Source: Patescibacteria group bacterium (lineage in GTDB: Bacteria > Patescibacteriota > Patescibacteriia > Patescibacteriales > UBA12465). Taken from it: a stretch of DNA of 62,267 nt. The notes beneath the pieces were generated by a model that worked only from the letters and a program-made list of their open reading frames with translations, was not told the DNA's origin and made no database searches. The stretch covers positions 1 through 62,267 of the forward strand of contig JBAZJV010000007.1 of the NCBI GenBank assembly GCA_041651095.1. The letters are read 5' to 3'. Positions 47,958 through 57,435 of this stretch are shown here, one piece after another (the first letter of the stretch is position 1; the number at the start of each line of letters is the position of its first letter). A program made the position numbers and the translations under genes.

Positions 47958-48677
47958 TTATTTTAATATTAGCCAATAATTATACATGTCCCGCTTGAAA
48001 TAAACGATTTCCAGCCCTGCCTGCTGGGCTAAATGCCGCAATTCCCCGGCCCGGAAAGCGTGGTAGTAGCGAGCGCTCACGGCCTGACCATGCGCGTCTT
48101 TCCAGGGAAAGATCAGATCGCCAAAGTCCAAACCGGATTGCGGTCCCAACCCGCAGCGGCTCGCCAGCCAAAACTTGATGATGCGCCAAACTCCGCCGGA
48201 CGACTGATCGCCGGCCGACCATAGATTCCAAGCACTGATGATGATGCGTCCGTCCGGCGCCAACTTGCCTTTCAATTCCTGCAATGCCTTTAGGCGCAGG
48301 GGACGGCTGGGAATGTGCGGCAAAACAGCCAGACAAAATATCCGGTGAAAACCGCTGTCCGGTATTCTAGATAGGGATAACAAGTCGCCGCTGATAAAAC
48401 GGTGTGACGGATGGTTCTGCCGGGCAATGGCTAATAGGGCGTCGCTATTGTCTGCCCCCAGATAATCCGCCGCGCCGACCGCTAAAACATCTAACAGCCG
48501 GCCGCTGCCGCAGCCGACATCCAGGACGCGCGCGCCGGACGGTACCGCAGCGGCCAGCCGTTTCAACTCCGGCCAGGCTTCTTTCCGCCTGGTCGCGGCA
48601 AAATCGGCGGCAATCGTTTCATAATTGCGCCTGACCAGACCTAATAATTTTTCCGCTATGACCGGCCGCATACACAT
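47958..48677 (-). CDS. Class I SAM methyltransferase, Trm9/ALKBH8-like
   Basis: Y..IA..F..TR...WP, LDVGCGSG, AVL.H, W.L, RYYH.F...EL, NYW. Confidence 0.78.
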   Translation of the reverse strand: MCMRPVIAEKLLGLVRRNYETIAADFAATRRKEAWPELKRLAAAVPSGARVLDVGCGSGRLLDVLAVGAADYLGADNSDALLAIARQNHPSHRFISGDLLSLSRIPDSGFHRIFCLAVLPHIPSRPLRLKALQELKGKLAPDGRIIISAWNLWSAGDQSSGGVWRIIKFWLASRCGLGPQSGLDFGDLIFPWKDAHGQAVSARYYHAFRAGELRHLAQQAGLEIVYFKRDMYNYWLILK

Positions 48678-48684
48678 TAAAAAA

Positions 48685-50463
48685 TTAACTGAGGTATTCT
48701 TTGTGCCGATAATCTTCCCGGCCGCTCTCGGCCTGCCGCTTCAGGCGCAAGCAATTGTCACATTGCCGACAAGCCGGCGATGAATGATCGCCGAAATATT
48801 TCAGGATATATTCCTGACGGCAGCTGAGATCATAAACATAATTTTCCATCTCCGCCAGTTTTTCGTAAGCCCGCGCCGCCTTCTCTTTCAAAGCCTTGAA
48901 ATCCAGATCCAAATCGACGGAATCGACCGCTTTGAGCACCTTGATTTCCGTGCCGCGGAACGGCGGCCGGTATTCCACCAAGCCTTGTTCGGCTAATTTC
49001 TTGACCGTCCTGAGCAGCGAATCTTTCTTGACGCGCAAAACGACAGCGGCTTCCTCCGGATTGAAATCCCAGCCGGCCGCCAGTTCGCGCGCATATCTCT
49101 CCTGCAGCCTGGCTGCAATTTCCAACTGGCTCTTGGCGCGGGGGCTGATGGCGGCGTTTATTTCCGGCCAGCCCTTCTTCAATTTCAAGAAAGAATTAGC
49201 ATTACGTTCATTCGGCCGGCTGATATAGGACTCTTTCTCCAGAATTTTCAAAGCCGTGCCGATGGCCATTTCCGGCACCGCCTCCGAAAGATTTTGCGCG
49301 ATTTCGGCGTAAGTGACCAGCAGCGATCCGGTCGGATCGATTTCCATCCCGGCGCGGCGCACCAGATAATCATAGACTTCGCGGATGGTTTCCGGCTCCG
49401 GATTATCCCCCTTGATGAAAAATTCCCGCAGGTAGCGGTCCTGCTGATTGTAAAACAAAAGGCAAAAGCTCGGCTGGCCGTCCCGGCCGGCGCGGCCCGC
49501 CTCCTGATAATAAGCTTCGACGGTGCCGGGCAGATCATGATGGATGACGAAACGGATGTCTTTCTTGTTAATGCCCAGACCGAAAGCGTTGGTCGCCACC
49601 ACCACTTGCGCCGCCCCGCGCATGAATTGTTCCTGTACCCAATTCCGGCTGTCGCTGTCCATGCCGGCATGATAGCCGACCGCCTTGATGTCATGTTCGG
49701 TCAGGACTTCCAGAATCTCATCGGCCTTGGAGCGCGTCCCGACATAGATTATCCCGGAACCGATTTCCGGATTAGTCGTCAGCAGATTGACGATATTCTC
49801 GATCTTCTGGCTATTGGCAGTCGGCACGACGGCGAATTGCAGATTCGGCCGGGCAAAACCGGTAATGACCAGTTCGGCGTCCTGCCGCCCCAGCTGCTTG
49901 ACGATATCGTCGCGGACTTCCGGCGTCGCAGTCGCGGTCAGGGCGACAACCGTCGGCGAACCGACAAATTTGATCGCTTCTTTCAGGCGGAGATAACTAG
50001 GCCGGAAATCATGCCCCCATTGGCTGATGCAATGTGCTTCATCTATCGCGAACAAGGAAACCTTGATCTCTTTCAACTCATTCAAAAAATGCTGATTGTA
50101 AAATCTTTCCGGCGCGATATAGACGATCTGGTATGCGCCGCCTTTCACCTGAGCCAGGCGGTTGGCCGCTTCCGAAGCGGAAATCGCAGAATTAATAAAG
50201 GTCGCCGGGATGCCTACCCGTTCCAAGGAATCGACCTGGTCTTTCATCAGGGCGATAAGCGGCGAAATGACCAACGTCGCGCCTTCCAGGACCAAGGCCG
50301 GCAATTGGTAGATCAGGGATTTCCCGCCGCCGGTCGGCAAAACGACCACCGTATCACGGCCGGCCAGGATATTATCTATCGCCTGTTCCTGCCCGGGCAG
50401 GAACGACTGATAGCCGAAGTGGATCTTCAATAATTCAATTAATTGTTGCTTTTTTTTGGTCAT
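48685..50463 (-). CDS. recQ: RecQ family DNA helicase (no HRDC)
   Basis: PTGGGKS, DEAHCISQWGHDFRP, ATNAFG.G, YYQEAGRAGRDG, C-terminal CR..CDNC zinc motif. Confidence 0.93.
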   Translation of the reverse strand: MTKKKQQLIELLKIHFGYQSFLPGQEQAIDNILAGRDTVVVLPTGGGKSLIYQLPALVLEGATLVISPLIALMKDQVDSLERVGIPATFINSAISASEAANRLAQVKGGAYQIVYIAPERFYNQHFLNELKEIKVSLFAIDEAHCISQWGHDFRPSYLRLKEAIKFVGSPTVVALTATATPEVRDDIVKQLGRQDAELVITGFARPNLQFAVVPTANSQKIENIVNLLTTNPEIGSGIIYVGTRSKADEILEVLTEHDIKAVGYHAGMDSDSRNWVQEQFMRGAAQVVVATNAFGLGINKKDIRFVIHHDLPGTVEAYYQEAGRAGRDGQPSFCLLFYNQQDRYLREFFIKGDNPEPETIREVYDYLVRRAGMEIDPTGSLLVTYAEIAQNLSEAVPEMAIGTALKILEKESYISRPNERNANSFLKLKKGWPEINAAISPRAKSQLEIAARLQERYARELAAGWDFNPEEAAVVLRVKKDSLLRTVKKLAEQGLVEYRPPFRGTEIKVLKAVDSVDLDLDFKALKEKAARAYEKLAEMENYVYDLSCRQEYILKYFGDHSSPACRQCDNCLRLKRQAESGREDYRHKEYLS

Positions 50464-50538
50464 TTTTAGCTTAATATTGACAAAATATAATTATAATGAT
50501 ATAGTAGTGGCGAAATAAAACAAAAAGAAAGGGGAAAA

Positions 50539-50796
50539 ATGAAAATTGATAAAATAGTTCTTTATAAACAAAATCTTGCCAATCTACGACAGAGCAAACC
50601 AGAGCTATTCATATTTATGCTGGGCAGTTGCCTGTTGCTGACCGTTCTAGCGACAGCCATGATAATCTGCTGGCACGCTAACAATTTCGTCCAAATCGCC
50701 GCTAGCGTCTTTATCATCATAATCTGGGGCGTGTTTCTACTGGCTCCCAGGGTATTCAACCAAAATCAAGAGGAGAAAATTGACAATGCCTTTTAA
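50539..50796 (+). CDS. Small two-TM hypothetical protein
   Basis: TTGACA-17-TATAGT promoter upstream, AAGGGG SD, two hydrophobic helices. Confidence 0.55.
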   Translation: MKIDKIVLYKQNLANLRQSKPELFIFMLGSCLLLTVLATAMIICWHANNFVQIAASVFIIIIWGVFLLAPRVFNQNQEEKIDNAF

Positions 50797-50989
50797 AAAC
50801 ATATCAGCCGGTTTTTTCACGGCGTCATTATTTTTCGGAGCCTTAGCCGCCTACGCGATTATCCGAGCCACAACGGCGACAGTGCCTGACCCCCGTTGGG
50901 ATGTAGATCCCCTAAGCACCGCGGTTTTTATCATCATGGGCTTATTCTGGGGCGGAGCCGGCCTGGTGTTACGTCGACAAAAAAATTGA
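50780..50989 (+). CDS. Small two-TM hypothetical protein
   Basis: Overlaps the previous gene; followed by a terminator. Confidence 0.5.
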   Translation: MTMPFKNISAGFFTASLFFGALAAYAIIRATTATVPDPRWDVDPLSTAVFIIMGLFWGGAGLVLRRQKN

Positions 50990-51004
50990 TAAGATTTGTC
51001 GAAT

Positions 51005-51032
51005 AGCCGATTCAAGAGAATCGGCTTTTTTT
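51005..51032. terminator. Terminator between the small ORFs and folD
   Basis: agccgattc-aaga-gaatcggct followed by a T run. Confidence 0.75.
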
Positions 51033-51828
51033 ATTTCTGGTGGCGACGCTTATAGATTTCCAGGACATTCCGAAGCAAGAACGCTACGGTCATCGGCCCG
51101 ATGCCGCCCGGTACCGGCGTGATGAAAGACGCCTTGTCTTTAACGTCTTCATAGTCGACGTCGCCCCGGACTTCGCCGCCGACCGGCGTAATGCCGATAT
51201 CGATGATCACCGCGTCTTCTTTGACGGCCGTCTTTTTCACCTGATGCGGAGCGCCCAAGGCGGTCACCAGCAGATCGGCTTTTTCCGACCGATCTTTCAA
51301 ACTAACGGTCATGCCTTTAGTCTCCAACAGTTCCTTGACGCTCTGGCCGAAAATCTCTGAATTATATAATACGCAAGCCGTCTTACCGGCTGCCTGGAAC
51401 TTAATCTCGTCCAGGCAGGCCGAGATAGAAGACAAAACCGGAGATAATATATGATCCGGCCGTTCCGGATGGAAGCCGTCCGCATCCTTTTCCGGATCGA
51501 TGGCCGCGATAATCTTATCAGTATTAAATTTTTCGGGCAGCGGCAGCTGGACTAAAATGCCATCGATCAACGGGTCCTGATTGAGAAAGTTAATGGTTGC
51601 CAACACGGCCGCCTCTCCTTCTGCCGCCTCGATCTGATACAAATGGGTATCAACGCCGACTTTGGCTCCTTCTTTCTGTTTCAAGGAAACATAAATCTGC
51701 GAATCAGGCCGTTTGCCGACCAGAATGATCGCCAGATTCGGCCTGGCGCCTTGCAACTGGAATATTTCCCGGGCAATGCCGTCTTTGATTTTCTCGGCGA
51801 TCGCCCGACCGTCTATTTTTTTTAACAT
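51031..51828 (-). CDS. folD: Methylene-THF dehydrogenase/cyclohydrolase (start 51828)
   Basis: IDG, Y...K, GILVQLPLP, I.PEKD.DG, IDIG, GDVD, TPVPGGIGPMT. Confidence 0.95.
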   Translation of the reverse strand: MLKKIDGRAIAEKIKDGIAREIFQLQGARPNLAIILVGKRPDSQIYVSLKQKEGAKVGVDTHLYQIEAAEGEAAVLATINFLNQDPLIDGILVQLPLPEKFNTDKIIAAIDPEKDADGFHPERPDHILSPVLSSISACLDEIKFQAAGKTACVLYNSEIFGQSVKELLETKGMTVSLKDRSEKADLLVTALGAPHQVKKTAVKEDAVIIDIGITPVGGEVRGDVDYEDVKDKASFITPVPGGIGPMTVAFLLRNVLEIYKRRHQK

Positions 51829-51833
51829 AGAGA

Positions 51834-53078
51834 TTATTTGGTGGGGATCGGAAAGTTGGCGCACAATTCCCTGATCCGATCTTTCAATTCGCTTAATTTT
51901 CCGGCGTCAGCTTGATGCCTGAAGGCTTCGTCGATATAACCGGCGATCAGCCGCATTTCCGCTTCCCGCATGCCCCGGGTCGTCACCGCCGGCGTGCCGA
52001 GCCGGACGCCCGAAGGATTCATCGGCGGATTAGGATCGTCCGGAATGGTAGAACGGGATACGGAAATGCCGGTCTGCTCCAAGATCTTCTCCGCGGCCTT
52101 GCCGGACAAGCCTTGCGGATTCAGGTCGACAACCATCAGATGATTGTCCGTGCCGCCGGAAATGATCCGGTAGCCGCGTTGCCTCAGCTCGGCGGCCAAC
52201 ACCTGCGCATTCTTGATGATCTGCTTGGCGTATTCGGTGAACTCCGGTTTCAAAGCCTCGCCGAAAGCGACGGCTTTAGCCGCCGTGATGTGGTCATGCG
52301 GCCCGCCTTGCATACCGGGAAAAACCGAACTGTCTATCTGCTTGGCAAATTTTTCCTTACACAGGATCAATGCGCCACGCGGCCCGCGCAGGGTCTTGTG
52401 GGTGGTCGTGGAGACGACATCGAAGATCGGCACCGGATTGCTTAACTGCTGGGCGGCGACCAAACCGGCGATGTGGGCGATATCGGCGAAAGTATAGGCG
52501 CCGATCTCATCGGCGATGGCCTTGAATTTCGGCCAATCGATTTCCCGCGAATAGGCGCTGAAGCCGGCGACGATCATCTTCGGCCGTTCGCGCCGGGCGA
52601 TCGCCCGCACTTCATCCATATCGATGCGGCCGGTGGCGGCGTCGACGCCGTATTGCACGAATTGATACAAGCGGCCGGAAAAATTTACTTTATGGCCGTG
52701 GGACAGATGTCCGCCGTGATCCAATTTCAAACCCAGCACCTTGTCGCCCGGCTCCAAAAAAGCCATATAGACCGCGGCGTTGGCCGGCGAACCGGACAGA
52801 GGCTGGACATTGGCGTGCTCGGCCGCGAACAATTTCTTGGCTCGCTCGATAGCTAACGTTTCTACGTCATCAATATTATAATTACCGCCATAATAGCGCT
52901 TGCCGGCATAGCCCTCGCTGTACTTATTGGTCAGTACCGTGGCCATCGCCTCCAGGACGGCTGGACTCACATAGTTCTCCGAAGCGATCAGCTCGATCTC
53001 TTCGTTCTGCCGTTTTGCCTCCTTGGCGATAATCTCCCAAACGGCCGGATCTTGCTGTTTTAAGTGGTCGTATTGCAT
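51834..53078 (-). CDS. glyA: Serine hydroxymethyltransferase
   Basis: [48 protein letters not shown]. Confidence 0.98.
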   Translation of the reverse strand: MQYDHLKQQDPAVWEIIAKEAKRQNEEIELIASENYVSPAVLEAMATVLTNKYSEGYAGKRYYGGNYNIDDVETLAIERAKKLFAAEHANVQPLSGSPANAAVYMAFLEPGDKVLGLKLDHGGHLSHGHKVNFSGRLYQFVQYGVDAATGRIDMDEVRAIARRERPKMIVAGFSAYSREIDWPKFKAIADEIGAYTFADIAHIAGLVAAQQLSNPVPIFDVVSTTTHKTLRGPRGALILCKEKFAKQIDSSVFPGMQGGPHDHITAAKAVAFGEALKPEFTEYAKQIIKNAQVLAAELRQRGYRIISGGTDNHLMVVDLNPQGLSGKAAEKILEQTGISVSRSTIPDDPNPPMNPSGVRLGTPAVTTRGMREAEMRLIAGYIDEAFRHQADAGKLSELKDRIRELCANFPIPTK

Positions 53079-53124
53079 ATGTTTAAATCTTAATTTAGCG
53101 CATACCTTTTGTCAAAACCGCCAT

Positions 53125-53823
53125 TTATCGGAACTGCTGGAATAGCGGACCATACATATCTTCCCGGATATCTATCTTGAGCTCATGCCGATTGACGCGG
53201 TCGGCAGCAGCGATCGGCGCGCCGCTGATGACGGCCAGCGGCTGCCGTTCCCGACCTTCGCCCATGCATAGCACGGCCGCGGCGGCCAGGCTGTCAGCCA
53301 CGTTGACGCGGGAAAAATGGAACGGTCGGCCGAAGAGATCCGGTGTCCGTTTGTAGCTCTTGATGCCGCGAAAACCGGCATAGCCTAAAGTAACGCCGGT
53401 GATGCCGGCCCGGAGCGGCGCCGTCCGGCTGTCGGTGATGATCACGCCGAGCGACGATAGTCTGAATTTCTCCTTAAGGTGGCGGCGTACCCGGTTGGCG
53501 GCGAGGAAGCTGTCGCGTGGCAGCAGGATGATCTGACCGTTGCCGTTGCTCTCGTCGATGCCCGCGCTGGCCATCACTACTCCGTCTTTAATCGTCAAAA
53601 AAACACGCTTAGTCGGCAAGGCAAACTGGCTTTCGCGGCGGATTAGTTTTTCTTTGTCCGCTTTGGTCGAAAGTAGACGGCAACGGCCTTCGGCTAAAGC
53701 CACTATTTTGGAAGTGACGACAACGACATCGCCCTCGGCCAGGCGCCGGATATACCGGTCAATAAAAGCCAGTAAATCTTCCCGCGGCCGGAAAATGGCC
53801 GTCTTAATCGCTTTGACTCTCAT
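53125..53823 (-). CDS. CofE-like gamma-glutamyl ligase (FolC2 candidate)
   Basis: GDVVVVTSKIVALAEG, SAGIDESN, GVIITDS...PLR.G..G, D.LAAAA...MGEG.E..P. Confidence 0.85.
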   Translation of the reverse strand: MRVKAIKTAIFRPREDLLAFIDRYIRRLAEGDVVVVTSKIVALAEGRCRLLSTKADKEKLIRRESQFALPTKRVFLTIKDGVVMASAGIDESNGNGQIILLPRDSFLAANRVRRHLKEKFRLSSLGVIITDSRTAPLRAGITGVTLGYAGFRGIKSYKRTPDLFGRPFHFSRVNVADSLAAAAVLCMGEGRERQPLAVISGAPIAAADRVNRHELKIDIREDMYGPLFQQFR

Positions 53824-54445
53824 ATTTCAATAAATATATACCCAAATAAGATAGCGGCGTGTATAACAGCCCCATCGCGACCTTATACAGCCACCAGGGC
53901 GCGCTGATGAGCAAGATGGTTCGGACCGGATAAATGCCGCCGAAAGCGACGAACATAAAAATCAGAGTATCCAAGAGCTGCGACCAGAGGTTGGACAAAT
54001 TCGATAATAGCCAAAAGCCCTGTCCGTCCAGCTTACGCTTGAAAAAGAAAAAAGCCAAGACATCCTGATACTCGCCGATGGCATAAGCCAATAAGGAAGC
54101 GAGCGACATCCGAAAAGAAATTCCGAAGATAGCGGCATAACTATCCTTAAAGAGCTGTCCTTCCTTGGCCCAAGGCACAACCAGGGAAATTATTGAATAG
54201 ACCAGGAACAAGAGGACGCTGAGTACGCCGGCCAGAACGAAATTCTTGGCCATTTGTCGGCCGTAGACCTGACCGATGACGTCGGTAGTCAGAAAAACAA
54301 AAGGAAAAAAGAATACTGCGACCGACAAATGCGTTCCGAACACGAAAGGCATTATTTTCAAACCGAGCGTATTCGCCGCGAACAAGGAAACCAAATAGAG
54401 GGCTAAGGCGATAAGGATCTTGAAGTCGATGCTGATAGAAGGCAT
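53804..54445 (-). CDS. yhhQ: Queuosine precursor transporter (YhhQ/DUF165, Vut_1)
   Basis: AN..G.K, FP..F..TD.I..VYG, R...ASL.AY, SN..SQ.LDT..F...AF. Confidence 0.88.
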   Translation of the reverse strand: MPSISIDFKILIALALYLVSLFAANTLGLKIMPFVFGTHLSVAVFFFPFVFLTTDVIGQVYGRQMAKNFVLAGVLSVLLFLVYSIISLVVPWAKEGQLFKDSYAAIFGISFRMSLASLLAYAIGEYQDVLAFFFFKRKLDGQGFWLLSNLSNLWSQLLDTLIFMFVAFGGIYPVRTILLISAPWWLYKVAMGLLYTPLSYLGIYLLKYESQSD

Positions 54446-54449
54446 AAAA

Positions 54450-54587
54450 GGAAATTAGATAAATAAAAACGCCCCAAAGGGCGTTTTGAAAACAAAAAAC
54501 CCTTTGGCTTTATACAGGTTCTGCCAGTAAAGAGAAGCTCGACCAAGTTCTTATCGTCTTATTTATCAACATAATATCTTTATTATA
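54450..54587 (-). promoter_or_regulatory. yhhQ leader: promoter plus candidate riboswitch/attenuator
   Basis: TATAAT at 54582-54587; terminator 54466-54487; competing 9-bp pairing of 54499-54507 with 54474-54482. Confidence 0.6.
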
Positions 54588-54616
54588 GCCCAGCGCCCTG
54601 GAAAAGCCAAGGCCTT

Positions 54617-56188
54617 TCATAATGGCTTGACTAAATATGTATTCTTCAAATGATAGCCAAATTTACGATAATATTGCCGAACGCCGACTCCCGAGATAAC
54701 AGCCAGGCGCCGGGCGCCCGCTTGCCGGGCGATTTGTTCAGCGGTTGCCAGCAATCTTTTTCCTAATCCTCCGTGCTGGATTCTTTTGGCACCGCTCGGC
54801 GGCACCAGTTCGCCATAGACATGCAGTTCGCGCAGCAATGCCGGAGCTATCGGGCTGGACTGATCCAACCGCAAACGGGCAAAGCCATATAAAACCTGGC
54901 GGTCGGGGCTATCAGCGCTGATAAAATATTCAATCCCGCCGGCGGCCGCATAATTAAGCCGGTTGATCCGGTAATCGCCCAAAACAGCTTCTTTGGCTTC
55001 CCGGCAGCGGATACATTGGCAGGCGACGCCGCGGTCTTTCATTATTTGCCGCAGATTAGTGATCTTGTTGCCGGCGACGATAGACTCGCTGGGGATGTCC
55101 CGGATCAGACGGATGATTCTGACATAAGGCGGCACCGCCGCTTTACATTTAATGATCAAGTTCTGCAAAACCTTGTCCGCGTAGGGCCGATATTTTCCTT
55201 CCCGATACCAGCGATACAATAGGCTGCCCCGGGTGACGACCGTCGGATAGAATTTTATCTGATCCGGCTGGAAACGGCTGTCCGTGAACAATTGCTTGAA
55301 GAGCGCCAGGTCTTTCGCCGGCGTCGCTCCCGGCAAGGCCGGCATCAAATGGTAAGTGATCTTGAAGCCGTGGCGCCGCAACAGCGCCGTGGCCGCGGCG
55401 ATTTCCTCTACGCCGTGGCCGCGGCGATTCAGGCGCAGGATCTCGTCATCTACGGCCTGGACGCCGATCTCCACCCGCGTACAGCCTAATTCGCGCATTT
55501 CCCGTAATTCGGATTCACTGATATAGTCCGGCCGGGTCTCCAAAGTCAGACCGATGATTTTGTGGGCGGCGGTTTCGTTCTGGCGCTGTTCCCGGCGCAG
55601 AGCGGCGCGCAGTTCTTCCAGTTTGGCGCTTTGACGATAGGGCGAAGACTTGTCTGATCCATAGCGATAATCATTGGCCGCCCGAAAACAGTTTAAAATA
55701 TACCAGTACCGATACCGGCGGGGCAGATAGCTCCAGGTTCCGCCGATCACGATGATCTCTATTTTGACTGGTTCATGACCATTGTTTTCCAGGGCTTGCA
55801 AGCGTCGGCTGACTTGCTTATACGGATCATAACCGCAGGCAATGGCTCGCATCACCGCTGGTTCATTGGACAGATAGCTGGTCGGCACCGCCGTTTCATG
55901 CGGACAGTAAGCGCAAGAACCGGGGCAAGGGTAAGCTTTGGTCAGAACGGCAACCGGCGCGATACCGGATAAAGTGCGGATTGATCGCTTACGCAAAATT
56001 CTTTCCAAAATTCCGGCGCGCGGCTTACCGGTGGCTACCAAGCGACGGTATTCCGACAATAAATCAGAATTCAGTATCGACGCTAAACGATATTTTTTGC
56101 ATAGTGCCCGCTTAGCGGCCTCCAAATCAGTCCGATTTTTAATATGACTAGCGTAATTTTGCCAAAACTCTTTTATTGCCTCTCCCAT
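54617..56188 (-). CDS. elp3: Elp3-like radical SAM/KAT tRNA U34 carboxymethyltransferase
   Basis: LSG..PVA, CPGSCAYC, GGT, ETRPD, E.GVQ, GNAT part ELHVYG, QH.GLG, ISG.GVR.YY.K.GY. Confidence 0.92.
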   Translation of the reverse strand: MGEAIKEFWQNYASHIKNRTDLEAAKRALCKKYRLASILNSDLLSEYRRLVATGKPRAGILERILRKRSIRTLSGIAPVAVLTKAYPCPGSCAYCPHETAVPTSYLSNEPAVMRAIACGYDPYKQVSRRLQALENNGHEPVKIEIIVIGGTWSYLPRRYRYWYILNCFRAANDYRYGSDKSSPYRQSAKLEELRAALRREQRQNETAAHKIIGLTLETRPDYISESELREMRELGCTRVEIGVQAVDDEILRLNRRGHGVEEIAAATALLRRHGFKITYHLMPALPGATPAKDLALFKQLFTDSRFQPDQIKFYPTVVTRGSLLYRWYREGKYRPYADKVLQNLIIKCKAAVPPYVRIIRLIRDIPSESIVAGNKITNLRQIMKDRGVACQCIRCREAKEAVLGDYRINRLNYAAAGGIEYFISADSPDRQVLYGFARLRLDQSSPIAPALLRELHVYGELVPPSGAKRIQHGGLGKRLLATAEQIARQAGARRLAVISGVGVRQYYRKFGYHLKNTYLVKPL

Positions 56189-56276
56189 ATTTTTAGACTA
56201 TAATGAAAATATCATCCAGTGATCTTCGACGACAATCAATTAACAATATAGCATTTTTTCTAATTAAACAACATTT

Positions 56277-57431
56277 ATGAAAACCAAGATTTTTACCGTA
56301 TTGGCCGCTTTGGCGCTGGTCGTCCTGTCGACCGGAGTGGCTCAGGCGGCTGATACGAAAGCCGGCAACGCCGTCTATATCGCCAAGGAAGAAATCGTCA
56401 GCGGCAACCTATATGCCGCCGGCGAGACCGTGACTATTGATGGAACGGTCGGCGGCGATCTGATCGCTATTGCTCAAACCATCACGGTTAATGGCCGGGT
56501 CGAAGGCGATATAATCGCCGCCGGCCAGAATATCATAATCAACGGCGGCATCGGCGGCAATGTCCGTATCGCCGGCAACCTGTTAGACATCAACGGTGCC
56601 GTGGCTCGCAATGTCAACGCCTTCGGAGCAAAGGCGGTGCTCGGACCGGACGCTCATGTCGGTTGGGATGTCTATCTGGCAGCCGGACAGGTTGAAGTGC
56701 GGGGCACAGTAGACGGCGGCGTGAGCGGCCAGGCCGGCCAAGCTTTGGTCACCGGCAAAATCGGCAAGGACCTGAACTTGAAATTATCAAACAACGGCAG
56801 CCAGCCCGCTCTAATCGTCAGTTCGGAATCAATAGTCAACGGCGACGTCATTTATACGGCTCAGGGGCCGACCAATATTTCGCCTAAAGCGTCGGTGGCC
56901 GGCAAAATCCAACGGCAAAACTTGGCGGAACCGAAAAGCAATCTGCTCCTGCTATGGCTCTGGCGCCAGCTGTTCGCGATATTTTCCGCCCTGGCCGTCG
57001 GCTTGGCTCTTATTTTCATCACCCGGAACATTACCGATAATATTTTAAAGCGCCTGGCTGAATCCCCGACCCAATCTATCCTGCCCGGGCTAATCCTGAT
57101 GTTCGTTCTGCCGCCGATCGCCCTGGTTCTGATTTTTACTCTGATCGGCATCCCGTTGGCCCTGATGGTGGCGGCTTGGTGGATAACCATGACTTACCTC
57201 GCTAAAATTTACGCGGCGATCTTCGTCGGACAGCTCATCCTGCAAAAAACTACGCCGCAGGCCAAAAGCTCGCTGTTCTGGTCGCTCCTAGTCGGCGTCC
57301 TGGTCTGCTGGCTGCTATTCGCTATCCCCTATGTCGGCTGGCTGCTGGCGCTAGCCGCAACCTGGCTGGGCCTGGGCGGTATCTGGTATTACACAGCGGG
57401 ACAGCTAAGGGGTCATAAATTATTAAATTAA
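56277..57431 (+). CDS. Secreted/membrane protein with bactofilin-like beta-helix repeats and C-terminal TM domain
   Basis: Signal peptide, repeated G.V.GD.....G units, five C-terminal TMs. Confidence 0.8.
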   Translation: MKTKIFTVLAALALVVLSTGVAQAADTKAGNAVYIAKEEIVSGNLYAAGETVTIDGTVGGDLIAIAQTITVNGRVEGDIIAAGQNIIINGGIGGNVRIAGNLLDINGAVARNVNAFGAKAVLGPDAHVGWDVYLAAGQVEVRGTVDGGVSGQAGQALVTGKIGKDLNLKLSNNGSQPALIVSSESIVNGDVIYTAQGPTNISPKASVAGKIQRQNLAEPKSNLLLLWLWRQLFAIFSALAVGLALIFITRNITDNILKRLAESPTQSILPGLILMFVLPPIALVLIFTLIGIPLALMVAAWWITMTYLAKIYAAIFVGQLILQKTTPQAKSSLFWSLLVGVLVCWLLFAIPYVGWLLALAATWLGLGGIWYYTAGQLRGHKLLN

Positions 57432-57435
57432 ATCT

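Noticed and set aside
53125-53823. Evidence for F420 biosynthesis
   Set aside because: No cofC/cofD/cofG/cofH in the window; the folate-gene context fits better.
54490-54570. Canonical ZTP, THF or preQ1-I riboswitch call for the yhhQ leader
   Set aside because: It lacks the ZTP GCCUGGGC 3' motif, the THF architecture and the compact preQ1-I P1/A-tract layout, so it is kept only as an unassigned candidate.
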